Shown here: one piece after another, positions 10,226-20,264 of the stretch | How the letters are laid out: every line of letters begins with the position of its first letter | How positions within the stretch are numbered: position 1 is the stretch's first letter | Source: Savitreella phatthalungensis | Taxonomy: Eukaryota | DNA length: 64,000 bases | Assembly: GCA_051599415.1 (NCBI GenBank) | Contig: AP039690.1 | Span: forward strand, 682,001 to 746,000 | Direction of reading: 5' to 3' | Notes under the pieces: generated by a model | Told to the model about the DNA's origin: nothing | Database searches by the model: none | What the model saw: only the letters and a program-made list of their open reading frames with translations | Program-made: the position numbers and the translations under genes

Positions 10226-12772
10226 TCATGTCCAGGTGGACGGGCCGAAATGCTGGCCTGGTTCGAGCTTGAGTCTTGCACAGCCGAGAGTGTCACAAGT
10301 GTCTGCTGTCAGCCATGTCAGGACCTCGACACGCCTGCCCGGATATACGATGGCTAGAAAGCCGATGACAAGGGCGACGGCGAGTCCCATGTCGAGTGCT
10401 GCCGATAGGACAAAGTTGTACTTGCCCCATGAATCTGGCCTCCGTCGTTTCCACAAATAGTTGCTGAGAAATCCACATAGAGCCCAGCTTGAAAAGTTCA
10501 GGCCTGTGCCAGGTGGTACCCATGTCATACTGCTCAACACGACAGGCAGATTGACCAGCCGCCATACTGAGTCCTTGGCTTCAAATCGGCGCTTCCCTGC
10601 AACCGCACGGACGACAAATGGTGCGATGAAACCCAGTGGGAAAGCGAGGACCAGCGGCCAGTAGATTGAGTCGCTTCCGAAGAGCCTGCGTGGGCCAATG
10701 AGTCCCCAGATGATGCTGCTGTTAAAATGCACGCGCGCAATCGGGCACGTCAAACCATTCGGCGCGTCCATTGTGCAGATCTTCGGAACATTCGCGAAGA
10801 GAAAGTTCATTGTGGCAACTTGAACAAGTGCTCCCAGACACGTAGCGTACAGCTGGACGCGAAAGAGCAGCCGGGGCTCTATTTTCATGTACGTGCCAAT
10901 CTTCATGTCGGCGGCAAAGCGAATGCCTTGCATGCCTGAGATGTAGCCGTAGGTGAGGAAGACCATGTTGGCGATCGGCTTGCCCTCGAAGAGAAAGCCG
11001 CACACTAATTGACAGAGCAGGGCTGTCGAGACGTTCTGATTCGAGACTGCCACTGTGATGCCCATTGGCACGAAGAAGATTGCGCAGATGCCAAGAGCAA
11101 GCAGGAGACCATAGAGAGGCAGACCCACGACGTCTGATAGAACGATGTAACAGGCGACTAGGAGGCATACAACGAAAGTGATGACGTACCACCATGTCGG
11201 TACCTCATCATAACGCCGCATCAGTCGAACGTGGACGTCGTGCGCCAAGTTTGAGAGCTCGTTTTGGCTCGCTCGCCATTGTCTGACCAGATCGGCACGG
11301 TAGTTGATGTAACAATGAGAGATTAGCGCGGCCAAGGATGCGAATGCGGCAAAGTACGAGACGACGTATGCAGCTGGGAAATAAAGCGGACTGTATGCTT
11401 GGTATTTGGCCAAGTCGAATGTGACGTCCTGGTTGATAATCCGGGAGACGTCGTAGTAGTGACCTGTGTTGTCGAAGACGTTGCTGTTGAGGAATGGCAA
11501 GAAGCCAGTGAACAGCGAATTTGAGAAATAGATGATAGGCGCCACCACCCACAGGCAGATAGCAATGCCGACAAGCGCGTTGACCTGCGCCCACCATGGT
11601 ACAAGGATGGGAGACCCCGTGAAGCTGATTTGTGCCCAGTCGAGTGTGATGGGTAAGATACCCATCCCAGATCGTGCGCCGAGCACGGTATTGACGACGA
11701 TATTTTTGGGGAAGATCCACGTGAAGATGGCAAAATAGCTCAGAGCGGGGACGAAGAAGGATGGGATGAAGGCCCATAGCATCGCTGTGACACAGACAAC
11801 GACAAAGAATCGCGTTCTTGAGGGTCCAACTGTCTTGTCCGATAGGTCGTCTGTCGGCACGCTGGCTGCATCAGAGTCATTCGTGATAGAGGGATGCAGA
11901 ACCTGAAATAAGGCGCAATTGACTAGCGTAGATGGCCAGACCATGCTGCTGGGATACACAAGCCAGCGACGAGCGAGTCCCGCGAAGGAATACCCAATGA
12001 CCTGCGTGGATAGCACAAACAGGATCTGGTAAGTGATTGTCGGAGACAAGTCATAGAACTTGATGCTCTCTGTGAGGACATCTGTAGCGAATGCAAATGC
12101 GAACGAGACGTTTGCAGCTGCAAAGACGCATGTGTGCTCTTTGACGTTCCATGGTTGACTTTTGTCATTGAGCTGGATACCTGCTATCCGCCACTCCGGA
12201 ACCAAACGTGTCCACGCGAGCCCAATCGGATGTGCGAGCAATTGAGCGAGCAAGGCTGTGATGGCTATTGAAGGGAAACGCATGGAGAAGAAGAGATTGA
12301 CGGCGCTGCCGGTGACGACGAAGAGGGTGCTGATGACCCACATGCGGCAGGTGTCGGCCTGAAGGGTGTGATCGTCACTGTTAGATACACATGCTCGAAC
12401 TTCAGCGTATGGGCTGTTGTCGAAGAATCCAATGTCATCGTCGTCATCGATCGAGACTGCATCCTCATCGCTCCCGAGAGAAAGGACCTCGTCATCGCTC
12501 GCCACCACCTCGGAATCTGCCCAGGTGGTATGAGTGGAAGGACGCCTAAGGGCATGAACTTCTGGTAATGAGGCATGCCTGCCTGGATTTGAGAACGATG
12601 CACGTGGTCGCGTCCGCTTTGAATGGAAGTTGATGATGCTGGTCGACTCGCGCAGGTCTGGTTGAGCTTGACCTTGAGACATTGACCTGGATCGCGATCG
12701 TCTCTGAAGAGCTCCGTACGACCTGACAGAATGGAGAGGATCCTGTACAGGCAGCAGCTGGGATGACTCCAT
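10226..12772 (-). CDS. OPT-family oligopeptide transporter (isp4/OPT-like)
   Basis: SPYAEVRA motif, WNVKEH, many TM segments, DMKIGTYMKIEPR, KYNFVLSAALD. Confidence 0.95.
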   Translation of the reverse strand: MESSQLLPVQDPLHSVRSYGALQRRSRSRSMSQGQAQPDLRESTSIINFHSKRTRPRASFSNPGRHASLPEVHALRRPSTHTTWADSEVVASDDEVLSLGSDEDAVSIDDDDDIGFFDNSPYAEVRACVSNSDDHTLQADTCRMWVISTLFVVTGSAVNLFFSMRFPSIAITALLAQLLAHPIGLAWTRLVPEWRIAGIQLNDKSQPWNVKEHTCVFAAANVSFAFAFATDVLTESIKFYDLSPTITYQILFVLSTQVIGYSFAGLARRWLVYPSSMVWPSTLVNCALFQVLHPSITNDSDAASVPTDDLSDKTVGPSRTRFFVVVCVTAMLWAFIPSFFVPALSYFAIFTWIFPKNIVVNTVLGARSGMGILPITLDWAQISFTGSPILVPWWAQVNALVGIAICLWVVAPIIYFSNSLFTGFLPFLNSNVFDNTGHYYDVSRIINQDVTFDLAKYQAYSPLYFPAAYVVSYFAAFASLAALISHCYINYRADLVRQWRASQNELSNLAHDVHVRLMRRYDEVPTWWYVITFVVCLLVACYIVLSDVVGLPLYGLLLALGICAIFFVPMGITVAVSNQNVSTALLCQLVCGFLFEGKPIANMVFLTYGYISGMQGIRFAADMKIGTYMKIEPRLLFRVQLYATCLGALVQVATMNFLFANVPKICTMDAPNGLTCPIARVHFNSSIIWGLIGPRRLFGSDSIYWPLVLAFPLGFIAPFVVRAVAGKRRFEAKDSVWRLVNLPVVLSSMTWVPPGTGLNFSSWALCGFLSNYLWKRRRPDSWGKYNFVLSAALDMGLAVALVIGFLAIVYPGRRVEVLTWLTADTCDTLGCARLKLEPGQHFGPSTWT

Positions 12773-13478
12773 GAGGGTCAGCTATGAGGCGGACTGCGCG
12801 ATGCTAAGAATGCATGACTTGAATTTCAAGCGAGTGACATGGTCAGTGCCAAAGCAGGACAGGGACCCTGAATGCCAGATGCGCGTGATTGATGATCTGA
12901 GAGTGTCTTTGTAATTGACTCTGAGCTTAGTATTGATGGAGAGTATAATGTATGCTGAGAAATGGAGGATATTGCTTCATGACTTCACTCCACTCGATCA
13001 TCTAGTCGTGCGTATGCAGTGGAGCAGTAGAGTCAATCAATGCATGGCTTGGAAAAAGCTGTCTGTGGAGTAATGCGCAGAGTGGAGGTTGCGGAGATTC
13101 GATGGGCATATCTTTTCAAGGTTAACTGGTCAAGTGTTGAGCAATTAGTTACTTCTGAATCATCCAACCGAGCCCATATTGAATTTGTAGAGTATGCTGA
13201 TCAGAGTGAAGCTTGGAAATGTTTCAACGATCGATATCAGATTAAGTTCTAAATTAAATCAATTTTATCCTCATATGCTCCGATATTGGTACCAGCAAGG
13301 AATATTGATCACTATCAAGCAGTTCACAGGATTGGCCTTGGAACTAGCTTGACTCTCCGTACAACCGCTTCATTCTTTGATTGTGGTTCTGCGCTGTGGC
13401 TACAGTATGGATATGCAAGACAAAGGGTAGGTGATTAGTGTAGATCATATGATATCAGCTGGGTATGATGATACCTCC

Positions 13479-13642
13479 TGTTACGCCAAAAGGTCTTCCA
13501 CCCACAAGTCATGATTCAGGCCCGCACGTGACCTCGTGCGCCACACAGTCTTTTCCATTAGCCACACCAAACCCTTTATAAGTAAAGGGTTCGTCACTCG
13601 TAGTGCATCATCATTCTCTGCACCCTCTCGTTCTACCTAACA
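13479..13642 (+). repeat. 5' LTR (164 bp)
   Basis: tgttacgcc...cctaaca; identical by eye to 19440-19603. Confidence 0.97.
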
Positions 13643-13645
13643 TAT

Positions 13646-13654
13646 TGGTAGCGC
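13646..13654 (+). other. Primer-binding site TGGTAGCGC (initiator tRNA-Met type)
   Basis: 3 nt after the LTR; complementary to the 3' end GCGCUACCA of S. cerevisiae-type tRNAi-Met, as in Ty1/Ty3. Confidence 0.75.
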
Positions 13655-13673
13655 TAGACGGCAGAGTCTGTGT

Positions 13674-16376
13674 ATGTCCTCACGACCCGATAGTCCTACG
13701 ACTCAACAACCAGTGACAGAAGATTCAGCTCAAAATCTTGAAGGTAGAAGTTCTGGTCGTGAATCGCGCACAGACCCTCCATCCTCAACTTCAGGTCGGG
13801 AGACCGAGAGCGGTGCCCAACGCAGCCGACGGGTTGCCTTACCCCTGGAAGACAGACCGAGTACTCGAGCCAATCAAAAAAGGATCGAGGAACTCAGGGC
13901 AGCTTGACGTGCTAAGGAAGCCCAGCAGAGGTTGGAGGCATCAGCCAAACGGGCTGGTACCTCTCAGGAACAAGACCCTTCATTCTCACAACTGCCGGGA
14001 ACATTTCCGAGAGAACCCGCTGCAACCACCTCACCAGTGTTGACCACGGAAGCCAATATGCCGTCCGGGGATACTGCACGTGAGGAACCAGCAGCAGCAA
14101 ACTTTGAACAGTCAGTTCTCGATGCTCTGAACACGCTCCGTCGCGAGGTCGAACGGGGACGTGATTCAACAGATGAGTTACGTGGAAACCTGTCGCAGTT
14201 ATCAAACAATTTTGGGCAATTTGCTCGACAAGTAGACAAACGATTCCGCCGTCTGGAGTCCAGTAGCCGCCCTGTGTCGCAGGAAATGCGACGAGAGGAT
14301 GAAGCACTGCCAGCACGGGACACAACTCCCCAAGTCCCGGAGGAACCTCGTAACAGGAGCCAAACTGAAAACATTGGCGCTCAAGCCCGACAACGTCAAA
14401 CCCCGAGAGCCGAGGCTTTCCCCGGTAATGCTGACCTCACTGGTCAAGACCAGGCATTCAACCAACCTTTCGACTACGGGGGCTCGGCCTTCTTCGCACA
14501 CAGTGTTTGCGATCCCCAAACTCCTAGATTCTCGGAACAACTACGTAGGGCTTCCGTTCCACGCGGAAACGACAGCAACTTACCGATTTTTGGGGGATTC
14601 AACCGTCTTAAAGCTAAGAGTCTCGGAACTCTTGAGACGGACAACCCGCAAAGGTATTTGCAACAATTGGAAGTCCTGAAATCCCAGCACTCCGACGAGA
14701 CCATACTACAAGCGCTTTGCGAGAATTTGAACGGTAACCCAGACACGGTCGTACGTGACTGGTATTACTCTATCATCACCTCGCAATCGCCTCGTGAGGT
14801 CAATCTCCGCTCACATCTCGGAGGATGGATGTCGATGATACACGCTTCTTTCCAAAAAACGCTCATTCAGAACGAAATGTTGCTCGACAAGATTTCCTTC
14901 ACTTGGACCGAGAGTATTATGAGTTTCGTGTCACGCCTTCGCTCTGCCTTGTCGGCCTGTGGCAGAGTGTCACCGGCAACGCAACGATACGAAATAGAAA
15001 AACGACTTCCTTTGGAATTTAGGTTCACTCCTTTTGCCGCCAACGATCTCGAAGGTTTCATTGCCGAACTGCGCTATCGAGAGGCGGCCGCCAAGAATAC
15101 GCATCAAAGTACTTTACGTCTATACTCAAGTTCGGAGAAGTTATCAGGAAACCGATTCGCGAGACAGAAAGAGAACTACCCCAAGATCTCGGACAAGACC
15201 ACTACAGACAAGACCATTACAAGAAAACCGGCAAAGCCTTGTCCAAGGTGCAAAACGTCTCATTTCTATTCGGAAAGCCAGTGTCCCGATGGGAAATGGT
15301 TCAAGCGCGAGAACCTCAAGACAATCACTAACTTCGTCTACGAGGATTCCGAAGACAATGAGTGGGACGAGGACGTTGAAGACCCTATTGACGTACTGGC
15401 AGTTGGGGACAGCCCTTTTCCGTCGCGGCCTACCAGCAAAAGGTCCAGCTCGCCGGCTTCCGAAGAACGAAATTCGAAGCGCGTTTTGGGAGATCTCGAC
15501 GCCATTAACATCAATTTGGTCGAAGCCCGAAGCGACGGAGTATTCGTCCATCAAACTTCAGTCGACGGAACAGCCAGATGCATAAAAGCCCGCCCGGTAG
15601 GCGGACCGCCTTCCGAATACAGCTACACTAAGGTCGGTCACTATCGAATTCAAGTGGCGAACAGCCCTGGAGGAACGCCTGCGTGGCTAGTACTGGACAG
15701 CGGATCTCCGATCTCACTGGTCGCAGCCGGATACCTGGAGAAAGTCTTCCCATCCGCGGTGCCGATGGAGAAGGAACAACATAAAAATCTCTTTGGCATC
15801 GCAGGAGATAAACTGCAATCCACGCACGGCACGCAACTGTCCCTATTCTGTCCTCTGAAGGATGGAGCCTGTGTTGAGATCCAAGGATATTTCCACATCG
15901 TGCCAGAGCTGTCAGCAGGTCTACTCATTGGCAATGACATAGCGACAGCCTATCTGATGAAGACAGACTCTGAAGACTCTACGGTACAGATAGGACCAAA
16001 CGGCCTCATCGCCGAGCTCAGTTTCAAACCAATGGCTAACACGACTTATGAGGTATCCTCTACCGAGGATCGTATCGTTCGACCAGGCCAAGAGGTTCGA
16101 ATCGCAACAGACATTGGTTCCTCGTCCAATGCGCACCGGGGTGAAGAACAAGTGTTCATCGGACAGAGCGTTATCAACAGCGAGTCAAGCTCCAAAGGAA
16201 TGGCCGTCGACGCCCTCCTTGCGCCCTGGCAGTCAAAGATTTGCTTCGCAAATGCCGGAAAGACACCTCTTCGAATTCGAAGAGGCCAGCGGGTTGGATG
16301 GTCCGAACCATTGGCGACTTACTATGTCTTTCAGGATTTTGGCCAGCGGATGGTCACGGGCAACACCACCCGCTAG
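13674..16376 (+). CDS. Gag-protease ORF with one in-frame TGA at 13905-13907
   Basis: Track ORFs 13674..13907 and 13932..16376 share a frame (...EELRAA*RAKEAQQRLEA...). Zn knuckle at 15240-15284; retropepsin LVLDSGS (Asp codon 15696) with LLIGND. Confidence 0.85.
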
Positions 16377-19300
16377 GTTCGGCCCAAAATAGCAGCATCT
16401 ACCACACGGTAGATTTGCCCGAGAATCCAGAACAGGTAAATCTGGATATCGACATCAATCCGGCGCTTCCCCAAGAGGAAATATCCAAACTGAAGTCAGT
16501 CCTACAACGCCACGCCGCTCTGTTCCGGAACGGATGGGGGCTCCTTAATGACGGAACCAAGATGAGTATCCGTCTCAAAAGCGACAGTGAGCCATGGGCG
16601 CAAACCCCATTCCGTCAGTCACCGCGGGCAAAGAAGAAAATCGACGAAGTCCTGGACGAAATGAAGCAGCAGGGTAGAATTGAACCCTCTACTTCACCCT
16701 GGGCCTCACCGGTGGTCGTGGTCTACAAAAAAGGACTTGGCAATGGACCTTCCCAGCCTCGAATGGTCATTGACTATCGGAAAGTCAATGAACTAGTTGA
16801 AAAGGACGAATATCCGTTACCGCGACAGGAAGACGTCCTTGAAGCTGTATCGGGAGCGAAATACATCAGCGCCTTTGATCTGCGGAAAGGCTTTTATCAA
16901 ATACCTATTGACGAAAGGTCTCGACCCCTTACGGCTTTCACGTCGCATCGAGGGTTAGAACAGATGACCGTGTCGATTATGGGGTACTGCAACTCTCCCG
17001 CCTTTTTCCAACGCCAGATGAACAGGATTCTAGCCCCATGGCTGTGGAAACATGCGGCAGCATACGTGGATGATCTGCTCATCTGGTCGGACAATATCGA
17101 CGACCACGTTCGACATCTGGACGAAGTTCTAGGAGCATTCGAGTCTAAAGGCTTAACGCTTTCCGGCCCAAAGGCACACGTGGGTTATTCCGAGGTGGAA
17201 GCATTAGGCCATCGAGTGGGCCGCCTAGGCCTGAGTACACAGGCTTCAAAGGTGGAGGCCATCCGTCGTATGAAGCGACCTAACACTGTTGAAGAACTTA
17301 CCGCCGCACTCGGCATATTCAACTACTACCGTCAATTTGTGCCCAGATTCGCGCAAACAGTAGCTCCGCTGTACGGTATGTTAAAGGCTGCGAACAATAA
17401 TCAGCGAGTCATCTTCAAAAGGCAAAAGAAGGACGGCGACGCGGTGCATTATGACAACCTTAAAAAGAGACCGGTGGTCTGGACTCCCGAGGGGATTATC
17501 GCTTTCGACACAATCAAAGAGCGCTTGTGCGACACTACTACTCTGGCCCCACCAGACTACACAAAAGAATTTCTCCTATACACGGACGCAAGCTACAACG
17601 GATATGGAGCAGCGTTGCATCAGGTTGACCAAAATAATGTGGAACGGCCTATCGTCTTCCTTTCCCGACGGCTGGACAAGCACGAGATGAATTACCCTCC
17701 TACAGAACTTGAATGTGGCGCTCTCATTTGGAGTCTAAAGAAACTACGCCATCTTCTGGAAGGATGCCCAGTGAAGGTGTTTACGGACCATCAAGCACTA
17801 CAGTGGTTAAAGAATCACAAAACCGGTTCAGCAAAGATGAACGACAGACTCGCTCGCTGGGCCCTAATGCTGGACGATTACGATCTCAACATTCAATACC
17901 GTCCTGGAAAGGAAAACGCCAATGCAGACGCTCTCAGCCGACTAGTCAACAACGTACAAGTCAATCTACAAAGCGACTGGACCGAGTACTACCATCGAGA
18001 CAGAGCGTTTGGAGCTCTGTTCGACAAACTTGAGAAAACGGCAACCACGGAACCATTCCAGAACTTCTTCCTTTCCGAAGGCAAACTTTACTTCGAGGAT
18101 AAAGACAACGGACAAGCAAGACTATGCGTACCCAGCAACTTACTGGCAACGATAATCAAGCACGCACACGAGCAGTTTGCTCATCAAGGTGTAGAAAAGC
18201 TCTATGACCGGGTTCGACACCACTACTACGCACGCAACTTGCTACAGCAAGTGCAGAAAACGTGCGCCGACTGTGCCTCCTGCAAAGAAAACAATCCGGT
18301 CCGACATGCCCAATGGGGTGTCCTTCAACCCATAACCGCAAACATTCCACTTCAGGTTGTCTCAATTGACTGGGTTACAGGCCTTCCGGAGTCCGGCGGT
18401 TATAACGCCTTCATGACAATAACGGACAAGTGTACTAAAGTTGTCACTATCATTCCGTGCCGCGATAATGACGGCGCCCCGGCAACAGCGCACAGGTTTT
18501 ATTCCGTCTATTATCGACGGTATGGGCTGCCCGAGCGAATCATCTCAGACAGGGATGTCCGATTCACCTCCAACTTCTGGAAAGCATTGTGCAAGCTACT
18601 CAACATAACCCGAAGCATGACAACTGCATACCACCCGGAAGCAGATGGACAAAGTGAAAGGACAAACCAAATTGTCGAGATCGCTCTTCGCCATTACGTG
18701 GACACCGACCAGGGTAATTGGGACATCCATTGTGCCGCAATAGAATTCGCCATCAACAGTGCTCGCCAGGCATCAACAGGGTACGCACCGTATCATCTAC
18801 TGTATGGCAGGCAGGTTAACGACGGCCTCCACTTGAGTACTGAACAACTCCGTGCCAGTCGTTCTGCGACGGTCCCACCACCGGGGACTTCGCCAAACGC
18901 AGACGAATTCTTTAAAAAGCAAGCTATGCTACGGATGGAAGCTCTCGACAATCTTGCCTACGCCATCATGCGTATGTCCCGCGTTTCTGCCGGCATTCAC
19001 AAAGAATTTGAAGTCGGGCAGGCGGTGATGCTCAATATCAAGGACTATCCCACAAAACGCTTCGTTGAGAGTCGAAAACTCGGACCCCAAAGGATTGGTC
19101 CTTTCAAAGTGCTTGAGAGAGTCGGAAAGCTAGCCTATCGACTGGATCTACCGAAGCAGATCCGCATTCATCCAGTCGTATCCGTCGCGAAACTAGAAGC
19201 CGCTACCGAGAACGTCAGGCTTCATAGGCGACCACACGACAATTCCTCCGATATCAAGCCCAAAACTATACGACTCGAAAGAAAAGGCTCGTACCTCATC

Positions 19301-19429
19301 AGGTGGCAGGGACTTCCCGAGTACGAATGCACATGGGAACCACGCGACACCATTGATGAGAAATTTCCTGACTTGGTGGCCTCATGGCGTTCTCGACGCC
19401 AAGCCGCCAGGGACGGCGCCTCGTCTTAA
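16241..19429 (+). CDS. Pol (RT, RNase H, integrase, chromodomain) in the -1 frame; probably entered at about 16337
   Basis: SPWASP, DYRKVN, YVDD, LYTDAS, DALSR, HHCC, SIDW/ISDRD/ERTN, GPFKV and chromodomain YLIRWQG...TWEP. The listed start is TTG, not ATG. Confidence 0.95.
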   Translation: MLRKCRKDTSSNSKRPAGWMVRTIGDLLCLSGFWPADGHGQHHPLGSAQNSSIYHTVDLPENPEQVNLDIDINPALPQEEISKLKSVLQRHAALFRNGWGLLNDGTKMSIRLKSDSEPWAQTPFRQSPRAKKKIDEVLDEMKQQGRIEPSTSPWASPVVVVYKKGLGNGPSQPRMVIDYRKVNELVEKDEYPLPRQEDVLEAVSGAKYISAFDLRKGFYQIPIDERSRPLTAFTSHRGLEQMTVSIMGYCNSPAFFQRQMNRILAPWLWKHAAAYVDDLLIWSDNIDDHVRHLDEVLGAFESKGLTLSGPKAHVGYSEVEALGHRVGRLGLSTQASKVEAIRRMKRPNTVEELTAALGIFNYYRQFVPRFAQTVAPLYGMLKAANNNQRVIFKRQKKDGDAVHYDNLKKRPVVWTPEGIIAFDTIKERLCDTTTLAPPDYTKEFLLYTDASYNGYGAALHQVDQNNVERPIVFLSRRLDKHEMNYPPTELECGALIWSLKKLRHLLEGCPVKVFTDHQALQWLKNHKTGSAKMNDRLARWALMLDDYDLNIQYRPGKENANADALSRLVNNVQVNLQSDWTEYYHRDRAFGALFDKLEKTATTEPFQNFFLSEGKLYFEDKDNGQARLCVPSNLLATIIKHAHEQFAHQGVEKLYDRVRHHYYARNLLQQVQKTCADCASCKENNPVRHAQWGVLQPITANIPLQVVSIDWVTGLPESGGYNAFMTITDKCTKVVTIIPCRDNDGAPATAHRFYSVYYRRYGLPERIISDRDVRFTSNFWKALCKLLNITRSMTTAYHPEADGQSERTNQIVEIALRHYVDTDQGNWDIHCAAIEFAINSARQASTGYAPYHLLYGRQVNDGLHLSTEQLRASRSATVPPPGTSPNADEFFKKQAMLRMEALDNLAYAIMRMSRVSAGIHKEFEVGQAVMLNIKDYPTKRFVESRKLGPQRIGPFKVLERVGKLAYRLDLPKQIRIHPVVSVAKLEAATENVRLHRRPHDNSSDIKPKTIRLERKGSYLIRWQGLPEYECTWEPRDTIDEKFPDLVASWRSRRQAARDGASS
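16334..16421 (+). other. Predicted -1 ribosomal frameshift signal: G_GAT_TTT plus three-stem pseudoknot
   Basis: Heptamer in the correct gag phase; S1 16345-16354/16365-16374; S2 16357-16363/16415-16421; S3 16397-16403/16408-16414. Confidence 0.75.
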
Positions 19430-19439
19430 CGGGGGCATA
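19430..19439 (+). other. Short polypurine tract (GGGGG)
   Basis: cgggggcata between the pol stop and the 3' LTR. Confidence 0.6.
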
Positions 19440-19603
19440 TGTTACGCCAAAAGGTCTTCCACCCACAAGTCATGATTCAGGCCCGCACGTGACCTCGTGC
19501 GCCACACAGTCTTTTCCATTAGCCACACCAAACCCTTTATAAGTAAAGGGTTCGTCACTCGTAGTGCATCATCATTCTCTGCACCCTCTCGTTCTACCTA
19601 ACA
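19440..19603 (+). repeat. 3' LTR (164 bp)
   Basis: Identical to the 5' LTR and followed by TSD CCTCC. Confidence 0.97.
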
Positions 19604-20264
19604 CCTCCTATCACTGCATCCATGGTCATTTGCCCACGACAAATTCAATCAGATGCATCGATATAGAATAGATTCTGGATTTATGCAATTCAAAGTAAAA
19701 TTGAGATAAAACACTTAACTGGAAATCTGATGGTAGCCTAGATTGACAGCCGATTTTGATCAGAACGTGAAGCCATGATTTATAGATAATTTAGATGTGC
19801 ATAAAATCATCATTTCCGGCAGCTGGATGTCTGAATCGTGGATCGACGTATGTACTGTATCTCTCAATGTTTGCATATTAACGATCCTGGTGAGCCGATC
19901 CAGATTGCGAGCAACGAAGATCTCTCCACACCCATCACATATGCTGATCTACCTCGCTGCTGCATACTTCCTCAACCACTAGTAACCCACTCGATCAAAT
20001 ACAGGAACAATGATTCCAATTCTGTGTATAGAGAGAAGCATCACAAACAACCTCGTGCACGACTTTCCCAAATCTTCAAAACTGGATAACCTCCAGGCAG
20101 CTAGAGAGTCAACAAGACATATTTCTAAAAGGAGCCCTTCGAAGAGAAAGAGTCAATCACTCTCTGTACACGACGCACTCGCTCAAGCACGCTCTCAAAA
20201 CTTGCTCCAGCAAAACTTCATTCTGCTTCTTGCTCATTTACTCATCCGGTAGAATCTGCCCAGC

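Larger units (their letters stand above)
13479..19603 (+). mobile_element. Full-length Ty3/Gypsy chromodomain LTR retrotransposon, 6125 bp
   Basis: Two identical 164-bp TG...CA LTRs; 5-bp TSD CCTCC at 13474-13478 and 19604-19608; PBS; G-run PPT; gag, PR, RT, RNase H, IN and chromodomain. Confidence 0.98.

Noticed and set aside
12900..13470. AT-rich flank of the retroelement with a 70-aa ORF; checked for a tRNA target or transposon relic
   Set aside because: No cloverleaf or A/B boxes and no recognisable protein motif seen by eye.
13833..13928. Possible intron removing the gag TGA (GCTAAG...CAG nearby)
   Set aside because: Better donors give non-triplet lengths; the frame-preserving donor found (GTTGCC) is poor.
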